64,000 bases of DNA, from assembly GCA_017451485.1 (NCBI GenBank), contig JAFTOG010000013.1, positions 527 to 64,526 on the forward strand. Direction: 5' to 3'. A program made the position numbers and the translations under genes. Shown here in pieces: positions 58,667 to 64,000 of this stretch. The DNA comes from Clostridia bacterium. Its GTDB lineage: Bacteria > Bacillota > Clostridia > Oscillospirales > CAG-272. The first letter of the stretch is position 1. Each line of letters opens with the position of its first letter. The notes under the pieces are model-generated. The model was given only the letters and a program-made list of their open reading frames with translations. It was not told where the DNA came from and did not search any database.

Positions 58667-58962
58667 TAATATCTATCCGGGTTACAAATTGAACAGGGAC
58701 TGTATTCAAGAGAATATATGTATTGTATATCATCTGTTTCAATTCTGTTCTCTTCACGGATGCTTGTAGCATACTTACAATTCTGGAGGTGGAATTTCTT
58801 AGTCGACATATTCAGTACAAACACATAGGATGTCGGCTCCCTTGGTTTTCCTGTAGTACATAGTTCAGTATTTTCCAGAGGAATATCTCCGTGTCCGGGT
58901 GTATCACTGCAAGAGGGTAAAAAAATTACTAATAATAAAATAATCAAAATAAGTTTTCTCAT
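58666..58962 (-). CDS. small lipoprotein with C-terminal H/Cys metal-binding-like motif
   Basis: Start re-set to ATG 58962 with GGAGGGG SD. MRKLILIILLLVIFLPSCSD contains a lipobox. The C-terminus reads KKFHLQNCKYA...YSPCSICNP. Confidence 0.65.
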   Translation of the reverse strand: MRKLILIILLLVIFLPSCSDTPGHGDIPLENTELCTTGKPREPTSYVFVLNMSTKKFHLQNCKYATSIREENRIETDDIQYIYSLEYSPCSICNPDRY

Positions 58963-59023
58963 ATTCCCCTCCTTTATCACATTTTAACACATATATATTG
59001 AAATTTCAACACATAATGTAAGG

Positions 59024-59058
59024 AAAAGGACTATCCGATTAGAAGGATAGTCCTTTTC
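59024..59058 (-). terminator. intrinsic terminator after the HPr-like gene
   Basis: AAAGGACTATCC / GGATAGTCCTTT hairpin. Confidence 0.75.
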
Positions 59059-59059
59059 T

Positions 59060-59290
59060 TTATTTAACAATAAATCTGCTCAATTCTGTAAAAAGCTTAT
59101 CTGTATTGTCAGTATGTGCTGTTAATGTAATTGCATTCATCAAATCAAGGCTGAAAATACCCATAATAGATTTAGCGTCAACTACATATCTACCACTGCA
59201 CAAGTCAATTTCAATATCGTACTTTGTTACGATTTCAACAAACTCTCTTACATCAAGAATTGAGGCGAGTTTAATTTGACATGTCTTCAT
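59060..59290 (-). CDS. HPr-like protein lacking the His-15 phosphorylation site
   Basis: Start re-set to ATG 59290 with GGGAG SD. The 76-aa product has VDAKSIMGIFSLDL matching the HPr Ser-46 region (NLKSIMGVMSLG), but the GIHARPA segment is replaced by SILDVREF. Confidence 0.7.
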   Translation of the reverse strand: MKTCQIKLASILDVREFVEIVTKYDIEIDLCSGRYVVDAKSIMGIFSLDLMNAITLTAHTDNTDKLFTELSRFIVK

Positions 59291-59450
59291 AATATTCTCC
59301 CTTTCATTAAATTTTTTTAACATTATACTCATAAAAAAATCAAAAGTCAATACAGTTTTTTTAATTTTTTCAGATTCGGGAAATATCATAAAAATTCGTA
59401 AATTAATGAAGAATTTATAATTACAATGCACAAAAAATATTGTCGTATTT

Positions 59451-61673
59451 TTACCGTGTTCTTGACATTATGGTAAACCTTTCATCAAGGATTTCAATAT
59501 CCGTCAAATTTAATGCTCTTTTATAATCCAGCAAGGCAATTTTACGCTTTATAAATTGTGATGAGTTATCGTTTGCAAGCATACCGGTTAATGGATCTAT
59601 ATATATTTCTTTGTGAAGATGACAAATATCCATAGGCTCTGTTCCTTTTATAAAATATCCAGTATTAATTCGATTCAATCTAGGGTCAAGTCTGCAATTA
59701 TCGCATACTAGCTTACCTGAATCTCTGCAATATTGTACTTTAACAATGTTTCTTGATGTGAATAACTGTACATCAGTATTTTTATTTTTATGAGCTTCTG
59801 ACATAATAGCATCAAAAAGTGTAATGGCAGGACTTTTTCCTTTTTGAATAATACTTTGAGGTGTATCAAATCCTACCCAAACCCCACATACATAATACGG
59901 TGTATATCCTACAAACCATTTATCATATGAATTACCCGAGGTACCTGTTTTTCCTGCCACGGGCAAAATATCTTTGATTATAGTATTTCTTGCAGTTCCT
60001 TCCCTTGTTACACTTGATAACAAACTATTCATTATAGATGCAGTTTCTTCAGATATAACCCTCTTATAATTCTTTTCGTTTTCAAGTATATTGTTTCCAA
60101 AGCTATCTGTTACCTTGTAATATGTTCTTGCATTTGCTACATATCCTCCGTTTTGCATCATAGCATACGATGAGGTAACTGTTCTCAAGCTTTCTCCGTT
60201 TGTGAGTTGTCCTAAAGCCAAAGGTGCCTCATTTTTATCGTCATTTGTAAGATTAATAAAGCCTAATTCATTTTTAAGAAAATTAAAGGAATTATCTATC
60301 CCAAGAGATCTCAGACCTAAAACTGAATAGGTATTAAGTGAACGAGATACTGCATATTCAAGGTCAGTAAGACCGTGATATACATCGGGAGAGTTTTTGG
60401 GCCATGGCCCATCTTCGGTCAGTAAGGGTACATCATCAAATACTGTTGAATAGTTTAATATGCCCATTTCAATTGCAGGAGCATAAACGGATAATGGCTT
60501 TATTACCGATCCTAAGGGTCGTTTTATATTTGTGGCCCTGTTCAGTATTCTGTTCCCTTCCTTTTTACCTGTACCCCCAACAAGTGCAACAATATCTCCT
60601 GTGTACGGATTGATTATAACACAGGATGCCTGAGGATATTCTCCATTTTGTATATCTAAATATGCCTGATAGCCTCTAAAGACCTGCTCAGCTGTTTCCT
60701 GTACATTTGGTTCTATTGGAGAATAGATTTTTAATCCTCCCTTATATAGCAGCATATTAGCACCCTCACGGCTAAGATTATACTGTAACATAAGATCGTT
60801 GGTAATATCGTCAATCAATGCCTCTGTATACCAAGAGAAAATACCACTTCTATTTTCCTGCTCTATATTGCTATTAATTTTAAGCTCCTCTGATACTGCC
60901 ACATTGTATTCATCTTCATTAATCATTCCGTGCTCTAACATTTTAGCAAGAACAATTTTTCTTCTTTTATAATTATTTTCAGGATATTTATATGGGTCAT
61001 ATTTAGTTGGGCTTTTAACTATTGATGCCAGAGATGCACATTCGGCTAATGTAAGCTCCTCAGGTTCTTTACCAAAATATGTTTTTGATGCTGAGCATAT
61101 TCCGTAACAATTTTGAGAAAGATATACAATATTCAAATACATTTCAAGTATCTGGTGCTTCCCCGCATGCTTTTCTATATTAAGTGCTCTAATTATTTCT
61201 TCTATTTTTCTTTTTGGGGTTTGCCTGTTATCTCCTGTAATGTTTTTTACAAGCTGTTGTGTTATAGTTGAACCGCCGAATTCCGTCTTACCTAACTTAA
61301 TAATATAATTAGCAACTGCTTTTAAGGTTCTTAACCAATCTACTCCGTTATGTTCATAAAATCTATGGTCCTCTATAGCGATAAACGCATTAATTAAATT
61401 AGTAGGCATATCATAAAACGAACGCCATTCACTTTTTCCTAAAAATATTTGCTCTTCCGTAAGCTCCCGTGCCTCTCCCACCGGATTTCCATAAACATCC
61501 TTGTCATAATAATATATCCGTGTTATAGATGTGCTTCCCGGTCTTAAAAGAGTTAAATCTATATTTTTGTCTAAATTTGCATTAATTATAATCACAGAAA
61601 ATACCGATAACAATATTAAAACAAGAGATATTATTAGAAAAACCTTCCATATGGATTTTCGAATTATTTTCAT
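59451..61673 (-). CDS. class A penicillin-binding protein (PBP1A family)
   Basis: N-terminal TM anchor. Glycosyltransferase EDHRFYEHNGVD and GGSTITQQL. Transpeptidase SVIKP, SRSLN, KTGT. Cys-containing C-terminal extension. Confidence 0.9.
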   Translation of the reverse strand: MKIIRKSIWKVFLIISLVLILLSVFSVIIINANLDKNIDLTLLRPGSTSITRIYYYDKDVYGNPVGEARELTEEQIFLGKSEWRSFYDMPTNLINAFIAIEDHRFYEHNGVDWLRTLKAVANYIIKLGKTEFGGSTITQQLVKNITGDNRQTPKRKIEEIIRALNIEKHAGKHQILEMYLNIVYLSQNCYGICSASKTYFGKEPEELTLAECASLASIVKSPTKYDPYKYPENNYKRRKIVLAKMLEHGMINEDEYNVAVSEELKINSNIEQENRSGIFSWYTEALIDDITNDLMLQYNLSREGANMLLYKGGLKIYSPIEPNVQETAEQVFRGYQAYLDIQNGEYPQASCVIINPYTGDIVALVGGTGKKEGNRILNRATNIKRPLGSVIKPLSVYAPAIEMGILNYSTVFDDVPLLTEDGPWPKNSPDVYHGLTDLEYAVSRSLNTYSVLGLRSLGIDNSFNFLKNELGFINLTNDDKNEAPLALGQLTNGESLRTVTSSYAMMQNGGYVANARTYYKVTDSFGNNILENEKNYKRVISEETASIMNSLLSSVTREGTARNTIIKDILPVAGKTGTSGNSYDKWFVGYTPYYVCGVWVGFDTPQSIIQKGKSPAITLFDAIMSEAHKNKNTDVQLFTSRNIVKVQYCRDSGKLVCDNCRLDPRLNRINTGYFIKGTEPMDICHLHKEIYIDPLTGMLANDNSSQFIKRKIALLDYKRALNLTDIEILDERFTIMSRTR

Positions 61674-61742
61674 ATTATAACCTCTCTTTCTTTAATATTA
61701 TTTTTCAGAAAAGCAGTATACATACAAGTTAAAATTTGAAAT

Positions 61743-61778
61743 AAAGAAAAGAATTGAACAGGAAATACTGTTCAATTC
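61743..61778 (-). terminator. intrinsic terminator after dnaE
   Basis: GAATTGAACAG / CTGTTCAATTC hairpin. Confidence 0.75.
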
Positions 61779-61784
61779 CATATT

Positions 61785-64000
61785 TTATTTAAGGATAACA
61801 TTATTCTTTCCAAGTATGTCCTTTAATGCCTCTAAAATATCGTTGCTGACAGATATTTTCAATGCCAATGCTTTAACATATTTTTTAGTCGATGCATCAT
61901 AGAAGATAATTTCTGTATCACCGTCATATTCTCTAAGAAGCTCTGTTATTTCCGATACTATAGGTAAATTAATTGATGATACCTTAAGATACAGCTTTGC
62001 AGATTTTGGCATTGCATCAAATTCTGTATTCTTTAATAATGCATCTGAGCATGTAAGAATAATTTTAGGATTTTCATCCTCCTTTACGCTTAATGTACCC
62101 TTTACCCATACAACATTTTCCTCATAAAACATATATTGAAGGCTTTGATATGCATTAGGAAAAATAATAATTTCAATTGATCCGGTCTCGTCCTCTAAGG
62201 TGACAAATGCCATATTATCCCCTTTTTTGGTAAGCTTGTTTACCCTTGAGGTCACTATGCCTCCAACCTTAACAATCTCCTTATCTTTATGTGTATATTC
62301 ATTTTCGTCATTTGCCAAATATTCGCAAATCTTAGATAACTTAAGGCTATCCCTGTGTTTTTTATAGGCATCAAGAATATGCCCTGAAAAAAACATACCT
62401 GTGGCATCTTTTTCATAAACCAAAATTTCTTTTATGGACAGCTCAGGAATGTCCGGATAGATAAAAGAAGGCATAACACTTATCATTTCATCATCAGATA
62501 GCATTGAAAATATGTCAGTTTGCCCTCCACTTGTTGCTCTTGACATTCCAAGAGCTGAATCAACTATCTCCTCATATACCTGTAATAATTGAGAACGGTA
62601 CTTACCAAGTGAGTCAAAGGCTCCAACCTTTATAAGCATTTCCACCTGCCGTTTTGTTATATCCTTATTTTTCAGGCGAAATATAAAATCCTCAAAATCC
62701 TTATATTCTCCAAAGCAATTTCTTTCTTCTACAATTGCCGAAGTAAAGCTTCTGCCAACATTTTTAAGTGCCAGTAATCCAAATCTAATATTATTTTTAT
62801 CTACAGAAAATAGTGCGTCACTTTTGTTTATATCGGGAGGTAACACCTTTATTCCCAGCTTTTCGCATTCATCAATATAGTGGCTTACCTTTTCTGCATT
62901 GCCGAGTACCGATGTAATAAGTGATGCATAAAATTCCTTTGGATAGCGACTCTTGAGGTATGCTGTTCTATAAGATATCATTGCATAAGCAGTTGCATGG
63001 CTTTTGTTAAAAGCATACTTTGCAAAGTCAGCCATATCATTAAAAATATCATTAGCTGTTTGCTCTGCTATACCGTTATTATTACATCCATTAATAAACA
63101 GCCCTCTTGCCTTTTCCATCTCATCAAGCTTCTTTTTCTTCATTGCACGAAGAACTATGTCAGCCTGTCCATAGGAATAGCCTGCCAGCTTACCGAATAT
63201 CTGCATTACCTGTTCCTGATATACAATGCAACCATATGTTGACCGTAAAATGGGCTCGAGCAAAGGCGTTTTATATTTTATTAAATCTTTATTATGTCTT
63301 CTTTTAATATAATCAGGTATTGAATCCATTGGTCCTGGTCTGTATAAAGCAAGACAAGCTATAATATCATCAATTGTAGTGGGCTGTAATTGCATAAGAA
63401 CTTGTCTTATTCCTGCCGACTCCAACTGGAAAATACCCTCTGTTTTACCTTGGGCAATAAGCTTATATGCATCCTTGTCATTAAGAGGTATTTTATTTAT
63501 ATCAAATTCCGGGTGTTCTTTTTCAATAAGCTTAACTGTATCTGATATAATGGTAAGATTGCGAAGAGCAAGGAAATCAAATTTCAGTAACCCAAGATCT
63601 GCAACAGCATTCATGTCATATTGAGTAACAACCATACCTCCATTTACTGATAAGGGTAAATATTCGGTTAGTGGTAATTCTGTGATAACAATACCGGCTG
63701 CGTGAGTGGAAGCATGTCTTGGCATTCCTTCAAGCTTGATAGAAGTATCAATCAATTTTTTTATGCCGTCATCATTATCATAGAGACGGCGTATTTCTGC
63801 AACATCATTCATTGCTTCCTTTATTGTTGAATGACTGCCAATAAGCTTAGATATATGATCCACATCGGAATACGGAAGCTCCAACACTCTTCCAACATCT
63901 TTTATTACTGCCCTTGCGGCAAGAGTACCGAATGTTACTATTTGAGAAACATGATCTATACCGTATTTTTTCTTTACATATTCTATTACCTCGTCTCGGC
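61785..64000 (-). CDS. dnaE: DNA polymerase III alpha subunit DnaE, C-terminal two thirds (5' end beyond the window)
   Basis: The reading frame stays open to the window edge. MPRHASTHAAGIVI, FDFLALRNLT, YRPGPM, FNKSHATAYA, OB-fold tail. Confidence 0.9.
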   Translation of the reverse strand, partial: RDEVIEYVKKKYGIDHVSQIVTFGTLAARAVIKDVGRVLELPYSDVDHISKLIGSHSTIKEAMNDVAEIRRLYDNDDGIKKLIDTSIKLEGMPRHASTHAAGIVITELPLTEYLPLSVNGGMVVTQYDMNAVADLGLLKFDFLALRNLTIISDTVKLIEKEHPEFDINKIPLNDKDAYKLIAQGKTEGIFQLESAGIRQVLMQLQPTTIDDIIACLALYRPGPMDSIPDYIKRRHNKDLIKYKTPLLEPILRSTYGCIVYQEQVMQIFGKLAGYSYGQADIVLRAMKKKKLDEMEKARGLFINGCNNNGIAEQTANDIFNDMADFAKYAFNKSHATAYAMISYRTAYLKSRYPKEFYASLITSVLGNAEKVSHYIDECEKLGIKVLPPDINKSDALFSVDKNNIRFGLLALKNVGRSFTSAIVEERNCFGEYKDFEDFIFRLKNKDITKRQVEMLIKVGAFDSLGKYRSQLLQVYEEIVDSALGMSRATSGGQTDIFSMLSDDEMISVMPSFIYPDIPELSIKEILVYEKDATGMFFSGHILDAYKKHRDSLKLSKICEYLANDENEYTHKDKEIVKVGGIVTSRVNKLTKKGDNMAFVTLEDETGSIEIIIFPNAYQSLQYMFYEENVVWVKGTLSVKEDENPKIILTCSDALLKNTEFDAMPKSAKLYLKVSSINLPIVSEITELLREYDGDTEIIFYDASTKKYVKALALKISVSNDILEALKDILGKNNVILK

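Noticed and set aside
59291-59431. 47-aa N-terminal extension of the HPr-like ORF
   Set aside because: The extension is low-complexity. A GGGAG SD precedes the internal ATG 59290, and the HPr fold similarity begins there.
1-64000. CRISPR arrays, tandem repeats, IS elements, integrases, prophage or toxin-antitoxin/defence cassettes
   Set aside because: I saw no spaced direct repeats, no transposase-, recombinase- or phage-like translations, and no tRNA or rRNA genes in any intergenic region. The window is essentially core chromosome.

Overview
This 64-kb window comes from a low-GC, endospore-forming Firmicute, with Clostridia-like gene order. Almost all of it is core housekeeping and sporulation content. 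Genes present: spoIIGA-sigE; rpmE; hflX; yigZ; dgt-like-dnaG-sigA; the conserved block rpsB-tsf-pyrH-frr-uppS-cdsA-dxr-rseP-ispG-polC; ispD-ispF; rpe; a cysteine desulfurase pair; ylbJ-like; yqfC-yqfD-phoH-ybeY-era-recO-mutS2; rhaB-rhaA; prs-argS; yebC; manA; ylxM-ffh-rpsP-KH; spoIIID; galE-galM; a Crp/Fnr regulator with a three-gene ABC transporter; GDPD; pgi; a D-Ala-D-Ala carboxypeptidase; a class A PBP; and the 3' part of dnaE, which runs off the right edge. Many ORF-track starts are too long, and I re-set them using SD spacing and N-terminal similarity. I saw no rRNA, tRNA, CRISPR array, tandem repeat, transposase, integrase or phage gene. I do not see a convincing new multi-gene system. 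The best leads are: (1) a 3.5-kb regulator-rich islet between polC and ispD (22.5-26.1 kb), holding a translationally coupled DUF2975-like/XRE/FAD-oxidoreductase operon with a perfect palindromic operator, a truncated ROK-like regulator, an orphan carrier protein and an orphan BlaI-family repressor; (2) an unassignable cysteine-rich protein with a CCCCCC run (53.6-54.5 kb); (3) a stand-alone 135-aa P-loop mini-ATPase (55.4-55.9 kb); (4) an HPr-like protein lacking the catalytic His (59.1-59.3 kb). All functional ideas for these are inference from sequence reading only. No database search was possible.
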